A stretch of 64,000 bases of DNA from Macrostomum lignano (taxonomy: Eukaryota). Numbering within the stretch: position 1 is the stretch's first letter; each line of letters opens with the position of its first letter. A program made the translations under genes and the position numbers. Positions 51,601 through 63,500 of the stretch are shown one piece after another. Below the pieces are notes generated by a model. The model had not been told where the DNA came from and did no database searches. It saw nothing but the letters and a program-made list of their open reading frames with translations. The stretch is from NCBI GenBank assembly GCA_002269645.1, contig NIVC01000265.1, forward strand, positions 13,441-77,440, given 5' to 3'.

Positions 51601-52397
51601 GGGCACTGCAGGGAAAGGGGCACAGCAGGGATAGGGGCACTGTAGGGATTGGGGGCACTGCAGGGAAAGGGGCACAGCAGGGATAGGGGCACTGTAGGAA
51701 TAAGTGCACTGTAGGGATTGGGGGCACTGCAGGGATAGGGGGCACTGCAGGGATAGGGGGCACTGTAGGGATTGGGGGCACTGCAGGGATAGGGGGCACT
51801 GCAGGGATTGGGGGCACTGCAGGGAAAGGGGGCACTGCAGGGAAAGGGGCACAGCAGGGATAGGGGCACTGCAGGGATAGGGGCACTGCAGGGATAGGGG
51901 GCACTGCAGGGATAGGGGGCACAGCTGTAGTCAACACAATGATAATTAGTATGGAACGATGGAATTTATACATACACCGTAAAATGAAAACCAAAAATAA
52001 AATTCCATAATTATGTTTACTGTTTGACATTTTAACTTCCCCACCAATTAGCCAGCTAATTAGTTACTCACCGAGGCTGTTTGAGATCCACATATCCGGG
52101 AAACTGCTCAGCACTAGGAGTTCTCTCCAGCAACAGAGTCGGCTCTCGAATGGCCTGATCGCGGAGCACCACAAACAGCTTTTTCTCCTGCTCGCATTCG
52201 CCCACGCTGATGTCGCTCTGTTTCTCCAACAGCCGCTGTCTTCTCTGCAGCAGAGTCTCCTCACGGACATTCCATTTTAACAGGCAATCGCCAAGGGCTG
52301 TGCCTTTCTGATTGTAGGCCATCTCCAAGCCTTTGTCGAGGATTAACCATCTGCGGCGGTTGTAGTCGCGCTCCTGAGCTCGCTTCCTCGCGGCCAT
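48605..52397 (-). CDS. Uncharacterised protein; exons 52397-52072, 51156-50922, 50650-50288, ~49400-49275 (boundaries uncertain), 49128-48605
   Basis: Exons 1-3 join in phase (CG|gtgagt to ttgcag|G; AGG|gtgaga to cacag|TCG) with GC-rich codons. Last exon acceptor catctccag. The strongest exon-4 acceptor gives an in-frame stop, so that junction is unresolved. Confidence 0.65.
49432..50205. mobile_element. Foldback/MITE with imperfect TIRs of about 170 bp and three internal 67-bp tandem repeats
   Basis: 49432-49600 matches the reverse complement of 50040-50205 (e.g. aaaattttagg..ggcagg, tacggagatag.aagtttt, ataggaggcagacccaatg); 67-bp period at 49741, 49808, 49875. Confidence 0.8.
50665..50860. 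repeat. Diverged repeat of about 21 bp (gaggtcatcagaatcattat) in intron 2 of the unknown gene
   Basis: About 9 degenerate copies. Confidence 0.75.
51185..51925. repeat. 19-20-bp minisatellite (gggcactgcagggatagg) in intron 1 of the unknown gene
   Basis: About 37 copies; source of the Cys/Pro-rich pseudo-ORFs. Confidence 0.96.
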
Positions 52398-53298
52398 TAA
52401 ATTGTTGCTGTTAATATTTTGTTGGTTTCCGATAATAACGAGCTAACTAAAACTAGACGATCGAGCTGTGTTCTTTTTGTAACTGTATTGCAGTTTATAA
52501 CAAAACAGTTATTTTATTTCTCACAGTGAGCTGGTGCAACTCCGTTCTCGACCCGGTCTTTCTTCTCTCTTCAATTTAAATGCTCTATACGTAAACTGTT
52601 GCTTTTAATTTTCTTTAGAAAGAAAACATCTCACTGCTTTGTGCACGAGTGGGAGACTGAGAGCTGAGAATTTTGGATAATAGAAGCTTGGAGAGATGAT
52701 GGGAAAGAGAGACTGGGTGAAATTTTTTTCGCTAAATCTTGAGTGAGCGCACAATAGGGTATAAATAAGTATATGAGCAGAGAAATGAGCACCGATCTTC
52801 TTTCCTTCTGTAGCTACGATGCACCTACGTGCAGTTTAGCTCAATTCAACTGTAGTATTTGTCGCTATATTCTGATGAGAGACACATTGTGATCGATCTT
52901 TTGATGAAAAGCGGCACATAGAGCTATACAGAATTTTCAGATACTGTATACCGGTACTGTGTACGGTTATACTTGCTCTGGTAGTTTTATTTTTACAATA
53001 GCCAACGTTAGAGAAAGCGGAGGCGGCGTTTGCTTCACAGACAACAACTGCAGTAAATTTACACATGTACATGCATTTATCGAAGGGCGCATTTTTACCT
53101 CTGAATATTAAATAGTTTAAGTAATTAATTTACGGTACGGTAGGGAAAGTGCGAGTGTACGCACTGATTCAGAAAACTGGAGGGGCAGGCTGGAAGGGTG
53201 GGGGCTAAGCGCGAGAGAAAAAATTAGGACCCGATTGCACAACGTTCAAAACTTTTGACATAACGTATAGGTTTTAAACCACTTTGTCGACATAGTTA

Positions 53299-53524
53299 TA
53301 TGTCGCAATATGATTGACAAACTTGGAGAGATATATAGGAGAGATATTGGAGAGCTGACGCTGGCGCCCCGGACTCTGCCGGCGGAACGGCCTATGATCG
53401 CACTCTGGCCTTGAGACGCGCCCTGTGACACTAGAGACTAGTGTACAGCTTTGTTGTTGTTGTTGTTGTTGTTATTGTTGGAGAGACTTTGTCAACTTAT
53501 GTCGCAATATGATTGACAAACTTG
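53299..53524 (+). other. GC-rich segment with a (GTT)n tail between 27-bp direct repeats
   Basis: tatgtcgcaatatgattgacaaacttg at 53299-53325 and 53498-53524. Confidence 0.55.
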
Positions 53525-54218
53525 TGAATGTTGCGTTATAAATCTCAGTTAGGTAATCATGGAATTACAGCGACTATAGATGCAGAAGTTACTTTAGCGT
53601 GATCTTTGTGGGTTGATATTTATATTTACTGCATAAATTTAACAACGGATTTCGTACTACAAACCAAGCAGTAAAACACCAAATATCTTAAACACGCACA
53701 TAAATAAATCTTTGCTATTTTATTTGGAAAAATTACAACTAATATAGTATTTTCTTAGCGTAATTTTTTCTACTAACAAATGCACGGTAAAAATATTGTC
53801 AGCTGACTGGCATTTTTCGCTTAAGTGCTTCGTACGTTTAAAAGTTCAAAATCGAATGCACTGAAATCGTACCATCGACCTGGCTGTGTGTATATTGTGC
53901 GTATTGTGTTGGAGGACAGCCTCTTTTCAAAATTTTATGCATGAATTTGCTATTTATGCTTACCACAAAAGCAAGTCTTCAGAGTATCGTTCCTAAGGAA
54001 AGGGAAGTTTAAAAATTAGAGCACATATTTATATTTCCAAGAAGTATCGCTGCAGACAGGGTTCTCTACTAACTAACAAGTAACAACCAACTTCGGTTAA
54101 GACATAACCTCGTTCCAGTCTTCTTAAGATTGGTCGAATACTGTTTAGATAATATCATATCACAGAAAGCGGCATTCTGCAGGCCACATTTAAACTATTA
54201 AACTATTAAACTAATAAA

Positions 54219-57200
54219 ATGATGACTTCTACTGATTCTAATAGTGGTAAGTTGCAAAGTCATATAGGCCTAACTTATATCAGATAGATGTGAAACCTGA
54301 TGGTATAAGATAAATTAGCCTTGTCTAGTGGTAAATATTTCTTCTGATTTTTGTTGTCCTAAGTTGTTAATCTTTTTTAAATTCCATAGGGCCTATATAA
54401 GCCTAATTATAAAAAGTAGGTATATTTCATTTATTAGAATCAGAGAGGAAGAATTATAATAGTTGCACTTTTTCTTAAAAATACAATTGTATATACTAAA
54501 AATCCAACCTAAAACTAAAATGAACTAATCTTCCAAATGAGTTTTATTTTTGAATTTTTTAGCATCATGTTTTAAAATATATAAGTCTAAGTATAACTTT
54601 TAATTTAATCTATGATAGGTTATAGATCTAGGCCTTATTTTATTATTGTATAGGCCTAGGCCTATTGTTCTGATAATAATAGTATGTAATAAAAAACTAA
54701 GACTTAAAACATCGTAACCTAGGCTTATCTAAGTTTGTAATTATAGGTTTATTTCTTATAAAATCAGCAACAAATGCTACCAAAATATAATTTGGAAATA
54801 TAAATATAATTTGTATTATATATTTTTTAATTGTTAGCCATTTTTATAAAATTCATTTATATATATATAAATGAATCATATATTTTAATATATATATATA
54901 TATATTAATATTAAAAGTAAAAAGTTATCTAGCTTCCCTTTGGAAGACTTGCTTTTTTGCTTGCATATGCCTACTGAACATTTGTTCTAAAAATAGCTAG
55001 TATTAGTCACTGCTCTTTATTTGGAGGTGGTTTGCCTTTCTAACCTAGGAATAAGTGTGCTACTCCCTTTTCCCTAGGTGTATAGCCATTCCCTTGGCAT
55101 CTTGCCTATCTCCTTTTCCCAAATTTGATAACTGACAGGTGTTGCTTTGCCTGTCCATCTTTCCAGACATTCTATATTCCCTAGGTGTATTGCCTCTTCC
55201 TACCCTAGACATTTTATTTCCTAGGCATTCTGCCTATCCCTAACCCTTAAGATTCCCCTTATCTATTAGGCATTCTGCCTTCTTACTCAATCCCTATTAA
55301 GTGTCTACTCTTCTTGCCAAAATTCCCCATTAGAAATTAGAATTCTCCCTTTAGAAAGTGTGCCCCCATTTCCCAGGCAACTCTGGTCTATTGCGTTGCC
55401 CTTCTTCCCCTCTTTCCCCCAAAGACTGAATTTAGCTATAGTTAGACAGTGTCTTGCACTTGGGCACTTGATGCTACCAGGAGTATTGTTCACATACTCA
55501 ATAATAAGAATAGAATATTTTTCCTAGTTCCAAGAAATTCCCAAGTCCCCTATAACAGTTTTGGTAATATCAGTAGAATTTAGCTTGCTTTTCAACAGTC
55601 AATTCCTGCACCATAAATGTAATTTTTTCTTTTTTTAGACTCCTGGGTTGAGCTTCACTTCTCAACCCAAGATGCTCAAGAAGACATGCAGCAGCAGCAT
55701 CAGGCATTGCTTCAATCGAGCAGCCAACAGCGAGCCATGGAGCGCCTCCTGCGCGAGGCTCAATGCAGCGGTGCATCGTCAATCTCTCAGTCTGGCAATG
55801 CCAGTCCAATCTATGGCGATTGTCGCAGTCCTCCAGCTCTTGCTGAAGAAGCCACCACCAATGTAAGTTTTACACTACAAAGTGCTGTCACAAGTCAGTT
55901 GACTCGCATATCAATTAGGTTTATAGAAAATATTTTCTAATTCCTAATTCTAGACTTCATCCAAAGCGACAGCCGAATTTATGCAAAACAACACTGACTG
56001 GTTGTGGGACTGGTCTGGTCACTCTTTGTGAGTGTCTGCGGGCTGCTTTTATACCACGTTAAATTTCACATAAATGTAGACACTGCCCGCCTGCTTCACC
56101 TCACCCCAATTAGCGATGCCCATTCCTTACCCCTCCGTCTCCAATTCAAATGTACACACTGCCCGCCTGCCCCACCCCACCCCAATTAGCGATGCCCATT
56201 CCTTGCCCCTCCGTCTCCAATCCAAATGTACACACTGCCCGCCTGCCCCACCCCACCCCAATTAGCGATGCCCATTCCTTGCCCCTCAGTCTCCAATCCA
56301 AATGTACACACTGCCCGCCTGTCCTACCCCACCCCAATTAGCGATGCCCATTCCTTACCCCTCAGTCTCCAATCCAAATGTACACACTGTCTACCTGCCC
56401 CACCCACCCCCAATTAGCGAAGCCCATTCCTTATCCCTTCTAAATGTACTTTTAGCATCCTCTATTAGCAAACCCCTCTAACTAAACTCCGAAATCGAAA
56501 CCATTCTAAAGCGCCGGAACCGGGCGATCAAAGCGAGGCGGCGGCTACAGGGGTGGTAGCAAATCGGCCGCCTCGAGCACCGGCTCTCTCAGCCTGCGCA
56601 AGAGCGGTCTGATGCGACGCCAAACGGCCTCCTCGGTAGCGACTTCGCCCTACGCAGTTGATGCCAGCGAAGCTACCTGGCAGAACTGGGCCTATTATTG
56701 TTGGGTATCGATTAATAATTATTATCCCCAGCCGGTTGTCAGCGCCATCACTCACGCTGTCTGCTTCATCTTCGGGGCCGCTTCGTGAGTTTGTTGTTTT
56801 TGTAGCTTTTTTGGCAACTTGAGGTACCCCTGTTCCTGTTTCGATCCCCGGGCAGGCAACCATTTTCTTTTTGAGAAACAAGATGCCCACATTACCGTCC
56901 ATAGAAACCCGGTTACCGATCCTAGAAACCCGTTTACCGATCCTAGCAAACCAATTACCGACCCTAGCAACCCGGTTATCCATCCTAGCAACCTGGGTAC
57001 CGATCCTAGAAACCCGGTTACCAACCCCAGCAACCTGATTACCGATCCTAACAACCCGGTTACTGATCCTAGCAACCCGGTTACAAGCCCTAGCAACACA
57101 ATTACCGATTGTAGCAGCCCATTTACCGATCCTAGCAACCCGGTTACCAGCCCTAGAAACCTGGTTACCAGCCCTAGTAACCCGGTTACCGACCCTAGCA

Positions 57201-57571
57201 ACCCAATTACCGACCCTAGCAACCCAGGTTACGATCCTAGCAACCCATTTACCGACCCTAGCAACCCGGTTATCGACCCTAGCAACCCTGTTTCCGACCC
57301 TAGCAACCCAGCTACGGATCATAGCAAGCAAGTTACCACCCCTAGCAAGCAAGTTACCACCCCTAGCAACACAATTACCGATCGTAGCAACCCAGCTACG
57401 GACCCTAGCTACCCAGTTACCAGCCCTAGCAATCTTCTCTCCCCCCAAACTGAAAATACTAAAAGGTCATACTCATACCCACACTTATTAATCAACTAAC
57501 TCAATAATCTTTTCAGCGTATTCATAGTCATGCGAACATGCAGTAGGCAGCGCAACGTACTGGGCCATTGA
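54219..57571 (+). CDS. BNIP3: BNIP3/NIX mitophagy receptor homologue, about 217 aa; exons 54219-54246, 55639-55862, 55954-56027, 56512-56784, 57517-57571
   Basis: Phase-consistent splicing (1,0,2,2) gives MMTSTDSNSDSWVELHFS (LIR), MERLLREAQ, DCRSPP, NNTDWLWDWSG, SLSLRKSGLMRR and TM VVSAITHAVCFIFGAASVFIVMR. These match BNIP3/NIX SWVELHFS, MEKILLDAQ, CDSPP, KNSDWIWDWSS, SLSMRKSG in order. Confidence 0.92.
56075..56440. repeat. 76-bp tandem repeat in BNIP3 intron 3
   Basis: Period 76 (56151, 56227); about 4.7 copies. Confidence 0.92.
56900..57432. repeat. 21-bp minisatellite (gaccctagcaacccggttacc) in BNIP3 intron 4
   Basis: About 25 copies; source of ORFs 56528-57448 and 56819-57499. Confidence 0.94.
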
Positions 57572-60569
57572 TTCAACCAACAATACTTTGAGTAGTCCAC
57601 ACTGAGTGGCAAGCATTGTACATAATAAGCTTTGTTATATCAATTAACCCGTTTAAAAAACAATGATATCGTTTTTAAGCTGGATTTTACTTTGGTTTGT
57701 GACACTTTTATTGTTGTAATGCTGTAGATATTCTTTTGTTTGTTTTCGATTTTTCATTATTTAATTAATAATCTATACTACTAGCCTGCCACTAAAAACG
57801 AGTAGTATGATAGCGAGTCTGCGATATGTCGCTTGTTTTATTTAACAATATCCATTATATTGCACGCTATTTGTGCTTATTTTGTCGGAGCAACACTCGA
57901 GCAAAATACTCAATCCTGATCTTTTATTTATAAGAATACATTTCCTAATATTTTTAAATTATGTAACTGGTTGTTTTTCAATTAATTATTTTTGCTTGTT
58001 ATTTTAACGTTTAGCCATTTGAAATCTAAGATTTCGGGCTAAATTTTCATTTACTATACGGAATAGTTGAATTAATATAAACAATCTCCATTATTTTACA
58101 AATAAAATTGAGTCTACAGTAAATACAGTATAAAATTTTATACTGTGCATACACACATGACATCTATATGTTTATGGTTAAATTAGTCCATTATATTATT
58201 CCTTGCTTTGTTTCCCATTACACGAGTTTTTGGTGTATTTGTGGTTTAAGTTATGTACTTGTAGCTGACCTCATCCATTAGTACGTATTTTGTTTTGTTT
58301 TAATTAACAGGTTTTAATTTGCAGACAGTTTAAATTGGCACCAAAACTGAGTTGTGGTGTAGGAGTCACAGTGTAAAAAAGGTTTTTTTTAATATCTTTC
58401 CCAGAAAATTTATTGTTTAGTAAATAAAGAAACTGGTTAAAATGAAATTTATTTGACACGAATTTAAATTGTTTGTTTACATACGCCTTTAATGTTTACG
58501 CACTAAAGCAAATTAAAGCTCATTGTCTGGTTCAGTTCAATATTTAGATAAGTGTAAAATGCAAAATAGTGCAAAATAATTGCAAATATTCATTAAGGAA
58601 AACTTTCTTTTATTTTGTTTTTCTCTAAACAATTCTTTCCCTGCTGCAATCGAATGCACTACATATGTTTATGTGTTTACCATAATTTTTTACTATTAAT
58701 TGTTATCTACATCCCAAGCTTACTCGTTTTAATATTGTTTGTACTGTAAAAACTACATAATTTCTAATCTATATTGTCATGCATTTTTACAAATTTATTT
58801 CGTGTATACATAGTAATATCGTTCAATAACAGTTTAATTTGTTTTAAATAATAAATCACTTTTTATTTATTAATTAAAGCAAGCAAAGTCTCTAAAAAGT
58901 TGCGAAGAATTCCTTTTCTACATGTACAAAGTGATTCGGAAGTCAAGCGAATTTTTTCGTTTCATTTTCTGTATATAAATTTTTCTCTTTTGTTAAAATT
59001 TTTATTATATAAACGTGTTTCGTTTTTTTTGGAGTTTTTTTTATGTTCAGCTGTGTACACCCACCCTAAGGCTTTATCTTCCAGAATGTAAAATTGTGTT
59101 TTACTCGCGTCCAGTTCATGCACGTGTTTTCGTGGAAACGTGCTTTAATTGTATCTGTCAAATATATTTAAATGTTATTAAACACTACGGATTTATCCGT
59201 TATAGTTTTGTGTCAGATTATTAATAGTGTGCGATCAGTGAAAGGAATTGAGTGACAGACAAGTGTGAGATTGACATTAAGTTTTGTATCCCTGCAGACC
59301 TATAGCCTTCTACTCACTAGCCTACTACATGCCTAAATGATAAAAAATCTAACTAAGGACAACTGGGTTAAGATTTTCACCTGACAAGTATCTCAGCTGC
59401 AGATACTACTATTCATGAATAAATGATTGAATTATTGCAAAGCGGGATTGGGATTCCGATGGTCGATCCCGGGATTTAGGCCTTATCCGGGAATGGTGAT
59501 TCCCAAACAGTGTGATATTATCGATTGTGAAAAACTAACAAAAAATCACTAAGCATCGAATAGATTTTCTCTACTATTTTACTATTGCACTACTTAAAAG
59601 TAGCTAGACTGGGTCCTCAAACTTACTGTATTTTGAGTAATTTCGCGTGCTTAAAACACATGAAAAAAATCAGGTACTGTAGTCTAGTGTAGCTTTAACT
59701 TGGAATTAAATGTTTCTCACGGTCAGACTCCAACATTAAATAGTGAGCTGTATAAGTTGTTATATAGTCTATGTACATGCAGTCTATACAGTAGGTTAAA
59801 GATTGAGCAATAAAAATCTATGATTATAAATCTAACCTTGCTTCATTTCTTTCTTTAAAAATTCAACTACGTTATACGTAATTAGTTGGTTTAGAAAATT
59901 TTCTTAATTACTCTAATTATTGGATGGTGAGCTATTTTGTTATTTGGGACTTAAGAGTGTACCAACTAAATGAGCTTATACGACGGAAACGAGTTGTCGA
60001 GTTAAACTGGCTCTGAATTAAATTTTTAAATGGGCTTAGCTTGTGGACAAAATTGTCTCAGCTAAAACAACTGATTAAGGAGTTTTTAACGAGCTTTAGA
60101 ATTTAATCGCAGTTTTTTTATAGTTAACAATAAAAATAAGAGCCTCTCTTATCTTATCTGTGTATTCAACTGTTCTTGTTATTGCTCTTCGGTTCCTCCG
60201 GCCTCTCAGTTTATGGCCGCCCGTTAGCGGAGCCCATCCCACGCTAAAAATAGCCCGTTAGCGGGGTCCGCCCCACGGTGGGGTGGGCTCCCTTAGCGCG
60301 GGCCAGCCCACAATTATTAGGATATGCCATTACGGGGCTGTGGAGAAGCAGACGCCAGAACTTGACTCGCATTGGTTGTCAAGATACATGGCACTAATTC
60401 AAAAAAGAAAAAAAACTCTTTTTTCGGCTCCATTGCGTGAGAACTAAATGCAATGACCTTGCCAGGGCGCTAAAATGGGCGCCGAAAGGCTAAAATTGGC
60501 GCCGGTAAATTAAAATTGGCGCCCAAAAGTAGCAAGCTGATATATGCTGCCACTTCTACGCCCGTTGGC

Positions 60570-63500
60570 ACATTCCAGCGCTGATTAAGGGATCCTGGCG
60601 CCGATTTGGTGATCCTGGCGCCAAATTTGACTTTCGGCGCCAATTTGAGCTTTCCGCGCCAATTTGAGCTTTCCAGCGCCGATTTGAGCTTTCCAGCGCT
60701 GGTCCGGGCTTTTTAGCGCTGTTTTCAGCATTCCGGCGCTGATTTGGCGATACTGGCGCCGATTTGGTGATCCTAGCGCCAAATTTGACTTTCGGCGCCA
60801 ATTTGAGCTTTCCGCGCCAATTTGAGCTTTCCAGCGCCGATTTGAGCTTTCCAGCGCTGGTCCGGGCTTTTTAGCGCTGATTTCAGCATTCCAGCGCTGA
60901 TTAAGGGATCCTGGCGCCGATTTGGTGATCCTGGCGCCAAATTTGACTTTCGGCGCCAATTTGAGCTTTCCGCGCCAATTTGAGCTTTCCAGCGCCGATT
61001 TGAGCTTTCCAGCGCTGGTCCAGGCTTTTTAGCGCTGTTTTCAGCATTCCGGCGCTGATTTGGCGATACTGGCGCCAAATTTGACTTTCGGCGCCAATTT
61101 GAGCTTTCCCGCGCCAATTTGAGCTTTCCAGCGCCGATTTGAGCTTTCCAGCGCTGGTCCGGGCTTTTTGGCGCTGTTTTCAGCATTCCGGCGCTGATTT
61201 GGCGATACTGGCGCCGATTTGGTGATCCTGGCGCCAAATTTGACTTTCGGCGCCAATTTGAGCTTTCCCGCGCCAATTTGAGCTTTCCAGCGCCGATTTG
61301 AGCTTTCCAGCGCTGGTCCGGGCTTTTTAGCGCTGATTTCAGCATTCCAGCGCTGATTAAGGGATCCTGGCGCCGATTTGGTGATCCTGGCGCCAAATTT
61401 GACGTTCCGCGCCAATTTGAGCTTTCCGCGCCAATTTGAGCTTTCCAGCGCCGATTTGAGCTTTCCAGCGCTGGTCCGGGCTTTTTAGCGCTGTTTTCAG
61501 CATTCCGGCGCTGATTTGGCGATACTGGCGCCAAATTTGGTGATCCTGGCGCCAAATTTGACTTTCGGCGCCAATTTGAGCTTTCCCGCGCCAATTTGAG
61601 CTTTCCAGCGCCGATTTGAGCTTTCCAGCGCTGGTCCGGGCTTTTTAGCGCTGTTTTCAGCATTCCGGCGCTGATTTGGCGATACTGGCGCCGATTTGGT
61701 GATCCTGGCGCCAAATTTGACTTTCGGCGCCAATTTGAGCTTTCCGCGCCAATTTGAGCTTTCCAGCGCCGATTTGAGCTTTCCAGCGCTGGTCCGGGCT
61801 TTTTAGCGCTGATTTCAGCATTCCGGCGCTGATTTGGCGATACTGGCGCCGATTTGGTGATCCTGGCGCCAAATTTGACTTTCGGCGCCAATTTGAGCTT
61901 TCCGCGCCAATTTGAGCTTTCCAGCGCCGATTTGAGCTTTCCAGCGCTGGTCCGGGCTTTTTAGCGCTGATTTCAGCATTCCAGCGCTGATTAAGGGATC
62001 CTGGCGCCGATTTGGTGATCCTGGCGCCAAATTTGACTTTCGGCGCCAATTTGAGCTTTCCGCGCCAATTTGAGCTTTCCAGCGCCGATTTGAGCTTTCC
62101 AGCGCTGGTCCAGGCTTTTTAGCGCTGTTTTCAGCATTCCGGCGCTGATTTGGCGATACTGGCGCCAAATTTGACTTTCGGCGCCAATTTGAGCTTTCCC
62201 GCGCCAATTTGAGCTTTCCAGCGCCGATTTGAGCTTTCCAGCGCTGGTCCGGGCTTTTTGGCGCTGTTTTCAGCATTCCGGCGCTGATTTGGCGATACTG
62301 GCGCCGATTTGGTGATCCTGGCGCCAAATTTGACTTTCGGCGCCAATTTGAGCTTTCCCGCGCCAATTTGAGCTTTCCAGCGCCGATTTGAGCTTTCCAG
62401 CGCTGGTCCGGGCTTTTTAGCGCTGATTTCAGCATTCCAGCGCTGATTAAGGGATCCTGGCGCCGATTTGGTGATCCTGGCGCCAAATTTGACTTTTGGC
62501 GCCAATTTGAGCTTTCCGCGCCAATTTGAGCTTTCCAGCGCCGATTTGAGCTTTCCATCGCTGGTCCGGGCTTTTTAGCGCTGTTTTCAGCATTCCGGCG
62601 CTGATTTGGCGATACTGGCGCCGATTTAGTGATCCTGGCGCCAAATTTGGCTTTCGGCGCCAATTTAAGCTTTCCGCGCCAATTTGAGCTTTCCAGCGCT
62701 GGTCCGGGCTTTTTAGCGCTGTTTTCAGCATTCCGGCGCTGATTTGGCGATACTGGCGCCGATTTGGTGATCCTGGCGCCAAATTTGGCTTTTGGCGCCA
62801 ATTTAAGCTTTCCGCGCCAATTTGAGCTTTCCAGCGCTGGTCCGGGCTTTTTAGCGCTGTTTTCAGCATTCCGGCGCTGATTTGGCGATACTGGCGCCAA
62901 ATTTGGTGATCCTGGCGCCAAATTTGACTTTCGGCGCCAATTTGAGCTTTCCCGCGCCAATTTGAGCTTTCCAGCGCCGATTGGAGCTTTCCAGCGCTGG
63001 TCCGGGCTTTTTAGCGCTGATTTCAGCATTCCAGCGCTGATTTGGCGATACTGGCGCCGATTTGGTGATCCTGGCGCCAAATTTGACTTTCGGCGCCAAT
63101 TTGAGCTTTCCGCGCCAATTTGAGCTTTCCAGCGCCGATTTGAGCTTTCCAGCGCTGGTCCGGGCTTTTTAGCGCTGATTTCAGCATTCCAGCGCTGATT
63201 AAGGGATCCTGGCGCCGATTTGGTGATCCTGGCGCCAAATTTGGCTTTCGGCGCCAATTTGAGCTTTCCGCGCCAATTTGAGCTTTCCAGCGCCGATTTG
63301 AGCTTTCCAGCGCTGGTCCGGGCTTTTTAGTGCTGTTTTCAGCATTCCGGCGCTGATTTGGCGATACTGGCGCCAATTTGGTGATCCTGGCGCCAAATTT
63401 GGCTTTCGGCGCCAATTTAAGCTTTCCGCGCCAATTTAAGCTTTCCAGCGCTGGTCCGGGCTTTTTAGCGCTGTTTTCAGCATTCCGGCGCTGATTTGGC

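Noticed and set aside
50863-52030. Three Cys/Pro-rich ORFs over 300 aa
   Set aside because: Minisatellite in intron 1; only 51156-50922 is a real exon.
52820-52835. TACGTG hypoxia-response element upstream of BNIP3
   Set aside because: A single 6-mer 1.4 kb from the ATG with no ancillary site; expected by chance.
56705-56731. 27-nt GT-AG mini-intron in BNIP3 exon 4
   Set aside because: In frame, stop-free and shorter than any supported intron here; treated as coding.
56528-57499. 306-aa and 226-aa heptad repeat ORFs (VTDPSNP, ice-nucleation-like look)
   Set aside because: 21-bp array between BNIP3 exons 4 and 5.
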